From contig CALVXB010000006.1 in the NCBI GenBank assembly GCA_944368775.1, positions 8,196 through 72,195 of the forward strand: DNA of 64,000 nucleotides, read 5' to 3'. The DNA is from an uncultured Clostridia bacterium (GTDB lineage Bacteria; Bacillota; Clostridia; Christensenellales; Borkfalkiaceae). The position numbers and the translations under genes are program-made. Shown here one piece after another: positions 35,667 through 44,348 of this stretch; within the stretch, counting starts at the first letter, position 1, and every line of letters starts with the position of its first letter. Below the pieces are notes generated by a model. That model ran no database searches, was not told the DNA's origin, and saw only the letters and a list, made by a program, of their open reading frames with translations.

Positions 35667-36146
35667 TTAGAGATCGGAGTTTAGAGCAGAGAGGGCGGCG
35701 GCGAGCAGATGCAAGATCTCTTCGCCTGCGATGCGCCGCACGGGGGCGAGCGCCTCTTCGCTCTCCCGTGCGCGCGCTGCCGCCTGCGCGGCCGCCCACG
35801 CGTCGACTGTTGCGGACTGTGATGCGCTTTCTGTCTGCGCGTCCGCCCGATTGCCGTTTGTTGCGGGTTTTGATGTGTTTTGCGCTCGTGCGGGCGGCGG
35901 GGACGCGCCGCGCGCCTCCTTTTGCAGCAGGGAGAGCAGCCGCGCGAGGGCGTCCGTATCGGCGGGCGCGCCCCGTCCTTGCGGCGCGGCCTGCCGTGCG
36001 CTTCGTTCTTGCGGCGCGGCCTGCTCGCCGCGCGCGGGGGCGTTCAAAGCGGAAACAAGGCGCGCGAGGGCGGCCTCGCCTTGGGGCGGCGCGCCCGCCC
36101 CGCCCTTTGCCTGCAAAAGCAGCGTCAGCAGCGGCAAAATGTCCAT
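35667..36146 (-). CDS. Hypothetical protein (159 aa), Ala/Gln-rich
   Basis: Only the last 160 codons of the 767-aa track ORF are plausible, starting at ATG 36146 (MDILPLLTLLLQAKGG...). No family recognised. Confidence 0.4.
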   Translation of the reverse strand: MDILPLLTLLLQAKGGAGAPPQGEAALARLVSALNAPARGEQAAPQERSARQAAPQGRGAPADTDALARLLSLLQKEARGASPPPARAQNTSKPATNGNRADAQTESASQSATVDAWAAAQAAARARESEEALAPVRRIAGEEILHLLAAALSALNSDL

Positions 36147-36225
36147 ACGTTCCTCCTTCGGCGCACCGACAGCGGCCGCCGCGTCATATACATGGGGCAG
36201 AAATATCTTTTTTCGGAGGTGCTCT

Positions 36226-36489
36226 GTGCAAGATTTTCGTTCGTATGCCGGAGGGCAGGGGCAAGAGGAAGGGGCGTCGCCCGGTTCCGAGGCGATCGCC
36301 GCGCTTTTGGGCGGCAAGGGGGAGGGCGAGGTGCTGCGCGCCTTGTATAAGGAGGCGGAGGCCGCCCGCCGCGCCGGCAAGCTGACGGACGCCGAGCTCG
36401 ACAACTTTTGCGCCGCCGTCGCGCCCATGCTGGGCGATGGAGCGCGCAAAAAGTTAGAGCAGGTCGTCGGCCGCCTCAAAAAAATATAA
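36226..36489 (+). CDS. Hypothetical small protein (87 aa)
   Basis: GTG at 36226, 5 nt after GGAGG. VQDFRSYAGGQGQEEG...EVLRALYKEAEAARRAGKLTDAELDNFCAAVAPMLGDGARKKLEQVVGRLKKI has protein-like composition, unlike the overlapping frames. Confidence 0.45.
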   Translation: MQDFRSYAGGQGQEEGASPGSEAIAALLGGKGEGEVLRALYKEAEAARRAGKLTDAELDNFCAAVAPMLGDGARKKLEQVVGRLKKI

Positions 36490-36499
36490 AAAAATTGTT

Positions 36500-36860
36500 C
36501 ACACTTTTTCTTTTGAGCTGTCAAAAGAAAAAGTCGTGATTTGAGGGCTCTGCCCTCTGCGGCGCGCGCGTCGTCGCTTGCCTTTGCTTGCCCGCCTTTT
36601 GCTTTTGGCAAAAGGCGCGGCGTGCGCGGCAGCTCCTCCTTTTCCCAAAAAGTTCTTCGATACTTTTTGGGAACCCTTTGTAGGGGCACACCTTTTATAT
36701 GCGCGCCGCATTCACCCGCTGAGGCGCTTGACGCGCAAATTGGGGTGCGCAGCGGAAAAGCGCGGTTTTCCTCGCGCGAGTATTTTATAAAATAAATAAG
36801 GTTCCCGAAAATCGCAGCGGTGCGCAGCGTCGCGAGATTTTCGGGAGTCCTGTTATTTTT
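36500..36860. repeat. Mosaic nested-hairpin intergenic repeat locus L3
   Basis: Hairpin A variant 2 (36504-36533), GAGGGCTCTGCCCTC, module D in reverse orientation (36569-36651), stem CCCAAAAAGT/ACTTTTTGGG, the GCGCGCCGCATTCACCCGCTGAGGCGC module, and hairpin E (about 36801-36848). Confidence 0.9.
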
Positions 36861-36868
36861 GCGCGGCT

Positions 36869-38014
36869 TCACCTTTCCTCCGCCACGGCGCGCACCGCCC
36901 GCAAAAAGGCGTCTGCCTCGCCCTCGGTGTTGAATTCGGACAGCGACGCGCGCACCAGCCCCTCGCGCGCGGTGCCGAGCGCCGCGTGCAGGCGGGGCGC
37001 GCAATGCAGCCCGCCGCGCACGCAGATGCCGTACTCCTCCGAAAGCCTCCCCGCAAACAGTTCGGAGGAGAGGGTCTCGCAGCGGAAGGATACGATGCCG
37101 CAGGGGTTGGGGCGGGAGTACACCGCGATGCCGCCGATGCGCCGCAGGCCGCCGCACAGCCGTTCGGTCAGCGCCAGCAGGCGGCTCGCGATGCGCTCGC
37201 GGCGGGGCAGCAGGTACAGCGCGCCCTCGGCGAGGGAGGCCGCCGCCGGGCAGGAGAGGGTGCCCGCCTCCAGCCGCTCGGGGTAAAAGGCGGGCATATC
37301 CTCGGCGGCGCTCTCCACCCCCGTTCCGCCGTAGAGGAGGGGGTAGAGGCTGACCCGCTCTGAAAGCAGCAGCGCCCCGCTCCCCTGGATGCCGTGCATC
37401 CCCTTGTGCCCCGCCACCGCCAAGGCGTCGATCCCCGCCCCCTTCATGTCGACGGGCAGATGCCCGCACGCCTGCGCGCCGTCGCACACGGTCAAAACGC
37501 GCGGCGGCAGCAGCGCGCGCACCGCGGCGGGGTCGATCGCCTCGCCCGTCACGTTGGAGGCGAGGGTAAACACCGCCGCAACCGTATCTTCGTTTGCGGC
37601 CTCGGCGATGTGCCGCGGCGTCACCCGCCCGCCCTCCCCCTGCACGACGGTCAGGCGGATGTACCCCTCGCGCGCGAGAAAGAGCAGCGGCCGCAGCGCG
37701 GCGTTGTGCTCGAGCGCCGTGCTCACGACGTGCGGCTTGATCTTCGGCGGCCGCGGCGGGCGCAGCAGCCCGAAGATGGCCATGTTCAGCGCCTGCGTGC
37801 AGCCGGCGGTGAGGATCACCCGCTCCGCGCTCTCCCCGCCCAAAAAGCGGCACAGCAGGCGGCGGCAGCGCTGCACCTCCTCCGCCAGGGCGAGGGCGAG
37901 CGCGTGCCCGCTCCGCCCGGGGTTGCCGCATACGCCTTCGATGCAGGCGCGCACCGCCCGCACCACGCAATCGGGCTTGCGCCCGCCCGTCGCCGCGTTG
38001 TCAAAATAGATCAT
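36869..38014 (-). CDS. Class V aminotransferase (cysteine desulfurase / selenocysteine lyase-like)
   Basis: MIYFDNAATGGRKP start. PLP lysine motif AVAGHKGMHG. Active-site region VRGGLHCAP. GGGAGGG RBS. Confidence 0.8.
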   Translation of the reverse strand: MIYFDNAATGGRKPDCVVRAVRACIEGVCGNPGRSGHALALALAEEVQRCRRLLCRFLGGESAERVILTAGCTQALNMAIFGLLRPPRPPKIKPHVVSTALEHNAALRPLLFLAREGYIRLTVVQGEGGRVTPRHIAEAANEDTVAAVFTLASNVTGEAIDPAAVRALLPPRVLTVCDGAQACGHLPVDMKGAGIDALAVAGHKGMHGIQGSGALLLSERVSLYPLLYGGTGVESAAEDMPAFYPERLEAGTLSCPAAASLAEGALYLLPRRERIASRLLALTERLCGGLRRIGGIAVYSRPNPCGIVSFRCETLSSELFAGRLSEEYGICVRGGLHCAPRLHAALGTAREGLVRASLSEFNTEGEADAFLRAVRAVAEER

Positions 38015-38243
38015 AAGCCCTCCCGCGCCTTTTTCTCTTTGTCGGGTGCTTTTTTGCAGAAGCGCCGCTCGTTTTTTGGTTTGAAGCGCCGCCGCGTGGG
38101 CGCGCCTTCCGCCCGCCGCCCGCGATATAGTCGCGGGCGGAACAGTTGCGGCTGCGCCTTTTGCGGCGCAAGTTCATATACTGTACTATCATAGTATGCC
38201 GCGCGGCGGCAAAGTTGCCCGCGGCGCGCGAAGGAGGAAAGGT

Positions 38244-38504
38244 ATGCAGGAGTTTTTGGCGGTCTTTCGCTCGCGGGGGCAGGCGCTCGACTGCGCCGCC
38301 CGCTTGCGGCAGGGGGGCATCCCCGCCGTGGCCGTCTCCACCCCGCAGGAGACGGGCGCGGGCTGCGGGCTTTCGGTGCGCATCGGCGCGTTCGACTTCG
38401 CGCAGGCCCGCCGCGTCATCGCAGGCTGCGGGTACGGCGCGTTTTTCGGGTACTTCCGGCTCGAGCGCGCCTGCGGCCGCACCTATCTGACGCGCGTCGG
38501 CTGA
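38244..38504 (+). CDS. DUF3343-like small protein (putative S/Se carrier-associated)
   Basis: ATG at 38244 after AAGGAGG. MQEFLAVFRSRGQALDCAARLRQGGIPAVAVSTPQE...CGLSVRI matches the DUF3343 pattern I recall as usually adjacent to cysteine desulfurase-like genes. Confidence 0.6.
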   Translation: MQEFLAVFRSRGQALDCAARLRQGGIPAVAVSTPQETGAGCGLSVRIGAFDFAQARRVIAGCGYGAFFGYFRLERACGRTYLTRVG

Positions 38505-38624
38505 TCCCGCCCTCTCTTTTGTTTTTTTTGAACTTGTCACGCGCCGCCCCGCCCCGCCCGTTCGCCGTTCGTTCTGCCCCGCCGCCCCGCCCGCTTGCGG
38601 GCGGGGCGGCGGGTGTAAAAATCC

Positions 38625-38653
38625 TTGTATTCGCGCGCAATTTATGGTAAAAT
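38625..38653 (+). promoter_or_regulatory. Promoter of nth, with the -10 element only 6 nt from the ATG
   Basis: TTGTAT (38625-38630), 17-nt spacer, TAAAAT (38648-38653), then AGGGGC and the ATG at 38660. Confidence 0.5.
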
Positions 38654-38659
38654 AGGGGC

Positions 38660-39301
38660 ATGGAAGCAGAACGCGCGCAAAAGGCGCTGCAAATTTTGGC
38701 GGAAACGTACCCCGACGCCCGCCCGGCGCTGCAATATAACACCGCCTACGAGCTGCTCGTGGCGGTCATTCTCTCGGCGCAGTGCACCGACGAGCGTGTC
38801 AACAAGGTCACGGCCGAGCTCTTCCGCGAGCACAACACGCCGCAGACCATGCTGCGCCTGACGCAGGAGCAGCTCGAGGGGTACATCTTTTCGTGCGGGC
38901 TGTACCGCAGCAAGGCGAAGCACATCCTCTCCGCCTCGCGCGACATCCTCGACAAGTTCGGCGGGCAGGTGCCCTCCGGCTTTGCCGAGCTCAAGTCGCT
39001 CGCGGGCGTCGGGCAAAAGACGGCCAACGTCGTCGCCTCGGTGTGGTTCGACGAGGACGCCATCGCGGTGGATACGCACGTCTTCCGCGTCAGCAACCGC
39101 CTCGGCCTCGCCTGCGCGCGCACGCCCGAAAAGACGGAGGAGCAGCTCAAACAGGTCATCCCGCAGGCAGACTGGTCCAAGGCGCACCATTGGCTCATCT
39201 GGCACGGGCGGCGCGTCTGTCACGCGCAAAAGCCAAACTGCGATATCTGCCCGCTCGCAGGCGTGTGCGACTTTGCCCGCGGCGGACAAGTTCAAAAATA
39301 A
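38660..39301 (+). CDS. nth: Endonuclease III
   Basis: HhH-GPD motif LKSLAGVGQKTANVV. C-terminal 4Fe-4S cluster CHAQKPNCDICPLAGVC. Confidence 0.92.
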   Translation: MEAERAQKALQILAETYPDARPALQYNTAYELLVAVILSAQCTDERVNKVTAELFREHNTPQTMLRLTQEQLEGYIFSCGLYRSKAKHILSASRDILDKFGGQVPSGFAELKSLAGVGQKTANVVASVWFDEDAIAVDTHVFRVSNRLGLACARTPEKTEEQLKQVIPQADWSKAHHWLIWHGRRVCHAQKPNCDICPLAGVCDFARGGQVQK

Positions 39302-39321
39302 TTTCACGGGAGGTCAAAAGT

Positions 39322-40596
39322 ATGGCATCTCTCTTTACGGATAAGGTCAAGATCACCGTCAAGGCGGGCGACGGCGGCGACGGCATGAACTCCTTCAAAA
39401 GTTTCAAGGGTTTCGCCAACGGCGGGCCGGACGGCGGCGACGGCGGCAAGGGGGGCGACGTGTACGTCGTCGGCGATAAAGACAAGGGCGACCTCGTCGA
39501 CTTCCGCTTCGGCTCTCGCTTCAAGGCGGGAGACGGCGAGCGGGGCGGCACCAACAACTGCTTCGGCAAGGGGGGAGAAGACGTCGTCATCGCCCTGCCC
39601 CTCGGCACCCTCGTGCGCGACGCGGAGACGGGCAAGCTGCTGTGCGACGTGTACGCCGACGGCGAAAAGCACCTCATCGCGCGCGGCGGCAGGGGGGGCA
39701 AGGGCAACGTGCGCTTCACCACCGCCCGCCGCCACGCCCCGCACTTCGCGCAAAAGGGGCAAAAGACGCAGCCGCACGCCCTCATCCTCGAGCTCAAGGT
39801 CATCGCCGACGTCGGCATCGTCGGCTTCCCCAACGTGGGCAAAAGCACGCTGCTCTCCAAGATCAGCGGCGCAAAGCCCAAAATTGCGGGCTATCACTTT
39901 ACCACCCTCTCGCCCAACCTCGGCGTCGTGCGCCGCTACGACAAGTCCTTCGTCGCGGCGGATATCCCGGGGCTGATCGAGGGCGCGGCGCAGGGCGCGG
40001 GGCTGGGGCACGACTTTTTGCGCCACATCGAGCGCACCCGCATGCTCGTGCACGTCGTCGACATCTCCGGCATGGAGGGGCGCGACCCCGTCGGGGACTT
40101 CGCCCGCATCAACGCAGAGCTCGCCGAATACAGCCAAAAGCTCGCCGCCCTGCCGCAGATCGTCGCCCTCAACAAGTGCGACGTGTTCGGCGCGGAGGAG
40201 AATTTGACGCGCTTTGCCGAAACATATCCGGAGTACCCGACCTTCCCCATCACCGCGCTCACCGGCGCGGGCACCAAAGAGCTGCTCGACGCCGTGTTCG
40301 AGGTGCTCGAAACGCTGCCGCCCGCCGAGCCCATCCCCGCCGACGAGTTCGAGTACGACCTGCCCGACGTCAACGAGTTCTTTATCGAAAAGGACGAGGC
40401 CGAGCGGGTGTGGTACGTCACGGGCGGGCTGGTGGATATGCTCGAGCGCAACGTCGTGCTGTCCGATCCCGACTCGATGGCGTACTTCCAAAAGGTGCTC
40501 AAAGATAAGGGCGTCATCCGCGCCCTGCGCGAACAGGGCGTCCAAGAAGACGACACCGTCGTCGTGGGGGGCGTGGAGTTTTCGTACAAAGAATAG
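39322..40596 (+). CDS. obg: GTPase Obg/CgtA
   Basis: MASLFTDKVKITVKAGDGGDG Obg fold with Gly-rich repeats. G1 GFPNVGKST, G3 DIPGLIEGA. C-terminal OCT-like domain. Confidence 0.95.
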   Translation: MASLFTDKVKITVKAGDGGDGMNSFKSFKGFANGGPDGGDGGKGGDVYVVGDKDKGDLVDFRFGSRFKAGDGERGGTNNCFGKGGEDVVIALPLGTLVRDAETGKLLCDVYADGEKHLIARGGRGGKGNVRFTTARRHAPHFAQKGQKTQPHALILELKVIADVGIVGFPNVGKSTLLSKISGAKPKIAGYHFTTLSPNLGVVRRYDKSFVAADIPGLIEGAAQGAGLGHDFLRHIERTRMLVHVVDISGMEGRDPVGDFARINAELAEYSQKLAALPQIVALNKCDVFGAEENLTRFAETYPEYPTFPITALTGAGTKELLDAVFEVLETLPPAEPIPADEFEYDLPDVNEFFIEKDEAERVWYVTGGLVDMLERNVVLSDPDSMAYFQKVLKDKGVIRALREQGVQEDDTVVVGGVEFSYKE

Positions 40597-40599
40597 GGG

Positions 40600-41090
40600 C
40601 TCGCGAAATTTGTTTTGAGCTGTCAAAACAAATTTCTGCGATTTTGAGGGACAACCCGCCGTTCGCAGCTATCGCTGCTCGGCGGCCGGTTTTCTCTCTT
40701 TGCGGCATATTTTAAGGGCACACCTTTGATAAATGCCGCAAATTCACTCTTTCCTCATAAGCGCTCACGCGCAAATTGAGTTGCGCAGCGGAAAAGTGTG
40801 ATTTTCCTCGCGCGTGTATTTTAAGAAATATAAAGGGTTCCCAGAAATCGCAGCGGTGCGGAGCGTCGCGAGATTTTTGGGAAGAGGAGGAGCCGCCGAG
40901 CACGCCGAGCCTTTTGCCAACAGCAAAAGGCTGGCAAGCAAAGGCGTGCGACGACGAGCTAACGCAGAAGCGTGGTTCTGCTTGCGCAAGTAATTTAAGA
41001 AAAGTTAGAGGGCTGCGCTCTCGTTGAGCGCTTGCGCGCAAATTGAGTGCGCTCATCAAAATTACGATTTTGACTCGCGCGAGTAATTCA
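40600..41090. repeat. Mosaic nested-hairpin intergenic repeat locus L4
   Basis: Hairpin A variant 3 (40606-40635). The segment 40640-40725 is the reverse complement of 56700-56785. Hairpin E plus module D in + orientation (40838-40958). The AACGCAGAAGCGTGGTTCTGCTTGCGC module is shared with 7752-7778. The TTGACTCGCGCG module lies at 41070. Confidence 0.9.
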
Positions 41091-41122
41091 AAAATAAAAT
41101 ATTATAGAGAGAGAGTTTTTGA

Positions 41123-41416
41123 ATGTTAACAAGTAAACAGAGAAGCAACTTAAAGAGCATCGCGGCGAATTTGGAACCCGTTGCGCAGGTGGGCAAGGCG
41201 GGCATTGGCGAAAATATGATCAAGTCGCTGTCCGACGCGCTCGAGGCGCGCGAGCTGATCAAGGTGAACATCCTCACCAACGCCGAAGAGGACGCAAAAA
41301 CGACGGGCGCACAGCTCGCAGAGGCGCTGGGCGCCGACTGCGTCGCCGTCATCGGCCGCAAGGCCATCTTTTACCGCCGCTCGTCGCGTAAAAATTTCCC
41401 GCATATCCAATTTTAA
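41123..41416 (+). CDS. yhbY: YhbY-family (CRM domain) RNA-binding protein
   Basis: MLTSKQRSNLKSIAANLEPVAQVGKAGIGENMIKSLSDALEARELIKV is a typical CRS1/YhbY domain. Confidence 0.85.
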   Translation: MLTSKQRSNLKSIAANLEPVAQVGKAGIGENMIKSLSDALEARELIKVNILTNAEEDAKTTGAQLAEALGADCVAVIGRKAIFYRRSSRKNFPHIQF

Positions 41417-41432
41417 GCGGAAAGGAGAGAGT

Positions 41433-42248
41433 ATGAAAGGGAACGGATTGCGCCGCCTGCGCCTCGCGCGCGGGCTGTCCGCCGCGCAGCTTGCAGAGGC
41501 GGTCGGCGCAACGGAGGCAGAAGTGCTGCGCTGGGAGGAGGGCGAGCTGCCCCCGTCGGGCAAGCTGCTCGCCTTATCGGCGGCGCTGGGCGCAGAAGTG
41601 GAGGACATCCTGCGCGCCGCGCAGGAGGGAGCGGACACGAATAATAGCGCCGCGGGCGAAGCCAATGCCGCCCAAAGCGACGGCTCTGCCGCAGAGAACG
41701 GCGGCGATGCCGCGCAGGGCGGGGCGGAACCGCTCGATGTAGACCGCCTGCGCGCCGAAGGCGCGCCGGAGTGGCTGCGCGCGGAGGGTGAGCGCGAGGC
41801 TGCGCAGGCGCAAAAACCCGCGCCCGTAAGGGTCAAGGAGCGCCTGTCCTCGCCCACAAACGGCTTCACGCGCGGCGAGCGCATCTTCGGGTACATCGTG
41901 TGCCTGCTCGCTGCGGCGGCGGCCATCTTCGTTCTCGTGTGGCGGTTCGTTCCGCAAGAGCGCCCGCTGACCATGGATAACTACGAGCGCTATTGTACCC
42001 TTTCCTTCCAAAGAGAAACCTACGGCATCACCGCCGAAGTCACTTCCGAGGCAGACATCGAAAACTTTTCGATGGTCATCGAGGTGGAACTTGTATCGAT
42101 GTACGACATCCACAACAGGGTGACGCGCACCGTCACGCTTGCCGACAGCTTTTTGGAAACGGGAGAAACGCTGCGCGGCAGCGCAGAGGACTTCATGTTT
42201 ATGTACGGCGGCCACACCGTCGTATCGATCGGAGGGACCATCGTATGA
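41433..42248 (+). CDS. Membrane-anchored XRE-family HTH protein
   Basis: N-terminal HTH (LRRLRLARGLSAAQLAEAVGATEAEVLRWEEGE), an acidic linker, a single TM helix (IFGYIVCLLAAAAAIFVLVW), and an extracytoplasmic ~90-aa domain. Confidence 0.7.
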   Translation: MKGNGLRRLRLARGLSAAQLAEAVGATEAEVLRWEEGELPPSGKLLALSAALGAEVEDILRAAQEGADTNNSAAGEANAAQSDGSAAENGGDAAQGGAEPLDVDRLRAEGAPEWLRAEGEREAAQAQKPAPVRVKERLSSPTNGFTRGERIFGYIVCLLAAAAAIFVLVWRFVPQERPLTMDNYERYCTLSFQRETYGITAEVTSEADIENFSMVIEVELVSMYDIHNRVTRTVTLADSFLETGETLRGSAEDFMFMYGGHTVVSIGGTIV

Positions 42249-42622
42249 AGCAGCCTTTGACCGCGCGCGTGCAGCGCGCCCGCGATATTCGCCTCATCGT
42301 CTGCATGGCGGCGGTGAGCATCCTCTCCTTTTGCGTGATGGTCACGTCCGAACTCGGCGGGGCGGCCGCCGGATCTTGGAGCTGGCTGATCTTTTTGTAC
42401 GTCGTGCTCTGCCCGATCAGCATCCTCGACTTGTACTTTACCTACTCCTTCTGCCGCTGGCACAACCGCTGGCACCGCACCCTGCACGAGTCGGGCGGGG
42501 AACAAGGGGAGCCGAGCGCCTTTGCGCTGGTCACAAGCAAGATCGCCGGCTGGGCGCTGTTCATTTTGATGCAGGCGTATGCGCACCTCCCGACGATCTT
42601 GAGTTTACTCCTTTGGCTTTAA
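42245..42622 (+). CDS. Hypothetical membrane protein (125 aa)
   Basis: ATG at 42245 overlaps the upstream stop (ATGA). Four hydrophobic segments. Confidence 0.5.
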   Translation: MKQPLTARVQRARDIRLIVCMAAVSILSFCVMVTSELGGAAAGSWSWLIFLYVVLCPISILDLYFTYSFCRWHNRWHRTLHESGGEQGEPSAFALVTSKIAGWALFILMQAYAHLPTILSLLLWL

Positions 42623-42674
42623 GAGGGCGAAATCAATTCCGCGAGGTTTTCGCGAGCCTTTCTCATTAAAATAA

Positions 42675-43110
42675 TTGAAAAAGGCAAAATCACACTTTTG
42701 CCTTTTTCCCCCAATTTGCCGTGAGGCTCACGGAAGAGGTGAAAGCGGCGCGCATAAAAAAAGGCGTGCCCTTAAAGAGCGCGCCGCTGAGGGGAAAACC
42801 GTTCGGGTTTCCCCTCAAATCGCAGAAAATCGCAGCCGTCAGCACGGCGAGATTTTCGCGAGCAGAATTTTTGAAAAAGGCAAAATCACACTTTTGCCTT
42901 TTTCCCCCAATTTGCCGTGAGGCTCACGGAAGAGGTGAAAGCGGCGCGCATAAAAAAAGGCGTGCCCTTAAAGAGCGCGCCGCTGAGGGGAAAACCGTTC
43001 GGGTTTCCCCTCAAATCGCAGAAAATCGCAGCCGTCAGCACGGCGAGATTTTCGCGAGCTGAATTTTTGAAAAAGCAAAAATCACACTTTTGCCTTTTCC
43101 CCCATTTATT
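42675..43110. repeat. Mosaic repeat locus L5: 196-bp unit in about 2.2 tandem copies
   Basis: Units start at 42675, 42871 and 43067 (TTGAAAAAGGCAAAATCACACTTTTGCC...). The first two copies are essentially identical. The duplicated peptide strings in the track ORFs at 42721 and 42917 show the same 196-nt offset. Confidence 0.95.
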
Positions 43111-44002
43111 TTCCAAAGAGTTTAAGAAGTATGCCCCCCACCAGCAGTACACCGCCCGCGATGAGGTAGTAGAGGGGGAAGATCGCCCACAGCGAAAAGA
43201 GCAGCAGCGCCCCGCCAGAGAGGGCGTAGCCCCGCCACGCGCCGCGCAAAGGCCGCAGCGTTTTCCGTTTTTTGGCGGGCGGGGGCGGTGCGAGCAGGGG
43301 GGATGGCACCATGCCCGCCGCGCGCACCAGCGCGTACACCGCGTCCGCGCCCCAAAGCCGTATGCCGAATGCCGCGGCGAGCTTTTCCGCCTCCGGCGTG
43401 AACGCCCCGCCCATCGCGCCGCGCCTGCCTTCCGCGCGCACCGCCGCGCGCAGCTCGTCCGCCGTCACCTTGTCCAGGCGGAACAGCAAAAACCACCGCG
43501 TATCGCCCGCGCGCACCGTGCCGTCCGCTTCGGCCTCTGCCGCGCAGCCCGCCCCGCCCGCAGCTTGCGGGGCGGGGGAGGGGTTTTGCGCGCCGCGCGG
43601 CCCTTCTTCATCCTCGTCCGCCGCACGGGCGGCTTTTTTGTTTTGGGGGGAAGAAGTGCCCCGCCCGCCAACTTTCTGTTCCTCCGCGCCCGGAGAGAAG
43701 CCGGGCGCGGCGCGCAGGCTGGCGGCGATGAGGCGGGCGTTGCTCGCGGGCGGCTGCATGGCGAGGTGAAAGGCGAGCGCTGCGGCCTCGCGCCGCTCCT
43801 CCTCCGCCGCCCTCCTTTTGCGGCGGCGGGCGGCGAGCAGGCGGTGGGCGGGCAGCGAAAGGGCGGCGGCAGCGGCGAGCGCCGCTGCCGCCGCCCCCCA
43901 AGCCGAGGGTATGTAAAAGCGCAAAATGCAAAAGCCGAGCGCGCCCGCAGCGGCAAACAGCGCGATTGTATCCGACCACAGCGGCAGATCGAACTTTTTC
44001 AT
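43106..44002 (-). CDS. Hypothetical membrane protein (298 aa)
   Basis: ATG at 44002 after GGAGGATAC. N-terminal and C-terminal TM helices flank a soluble core and a low-complexity insert. No family assigned. Confidence 0.5.
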   Translation of the reverse strand: MKKFDLPLWSDTIALFAAAGALGFCILRFYIPSAWGAAAAALAAAAALSLPAHRLLAARRRKRRAAEEERREAAALAFHLAMQPPASNARLIAASLRAAPGFSPGAEEQKVGGRGTSSPQNKKAARAADEDEEGPRGAQNPSPAPQAAGGAGCAAEAEADGTVRAGDTRWFLLFRLDKVTADELRAAVRAEGRRGAMGGAFTPEAEKLAAAFGIRLWGADAVYALVRAAGMVPSPLLAPPPPAKKRKTLRPLRGAWRGYALSGGALLLFSLWAIFPLYYLIAGGVLLVGGILLKLFGK

Positions 44003-44348
44003 GTATCCTCCTTGCGGCGGGCTTTGCCTGTGCCGCCGCTTTCGGCGGGCGCTTTGCCCGCGCCGCTCGTTTTCGGCGGGCGCTTTGCCCCTTCGCCCTT
44101 GCGGCAGCGTTTCGCGCGCCTCGTTCCGCCGGGAGCTGTACGATCGGAGCGGGCGGCGGGGCGTCTGCGCCGCGCGGCCTGCCCGCACGGCGGCTCGCGG
44201 CGGGGAGCGGCGCTCGCTCCGCGGCGATCCTTCGCAGATTTTTGTCAAAAAATCGCTTTTTCAAACGTTGCGCGCGCGCGCAACTTATGTTATACTAAAA
44301 GAAAAAGGAAAAACGGGGCGGACAAACCGTTCCGCGGAGGATCGCCGC

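Noticed and set aside
35651-35690. A shared ~20-nt motif CTCTAA(A/G)CTCTGAACTCT between the 3' end of gene 35667-36146 (reverse complement) and the sRNA candidate region (48741-48760)
   Set aside because: It is a single 19/20 match of low-complexity sequence. My rough estimate is that about one such match could occur by chance in a window this size, so I do not treat it as evidence of homology.
36147-37970. N-terminal 600 codons of the 767-aa minus-strand ORF 35667-37970
   Set aside because: This part reads through repeat locus L3 and is out of frame with the class V aminotransferase gene, which has clear PLP motifs. Only the last 160 codons, from ATG 36146, are a plausible gene.
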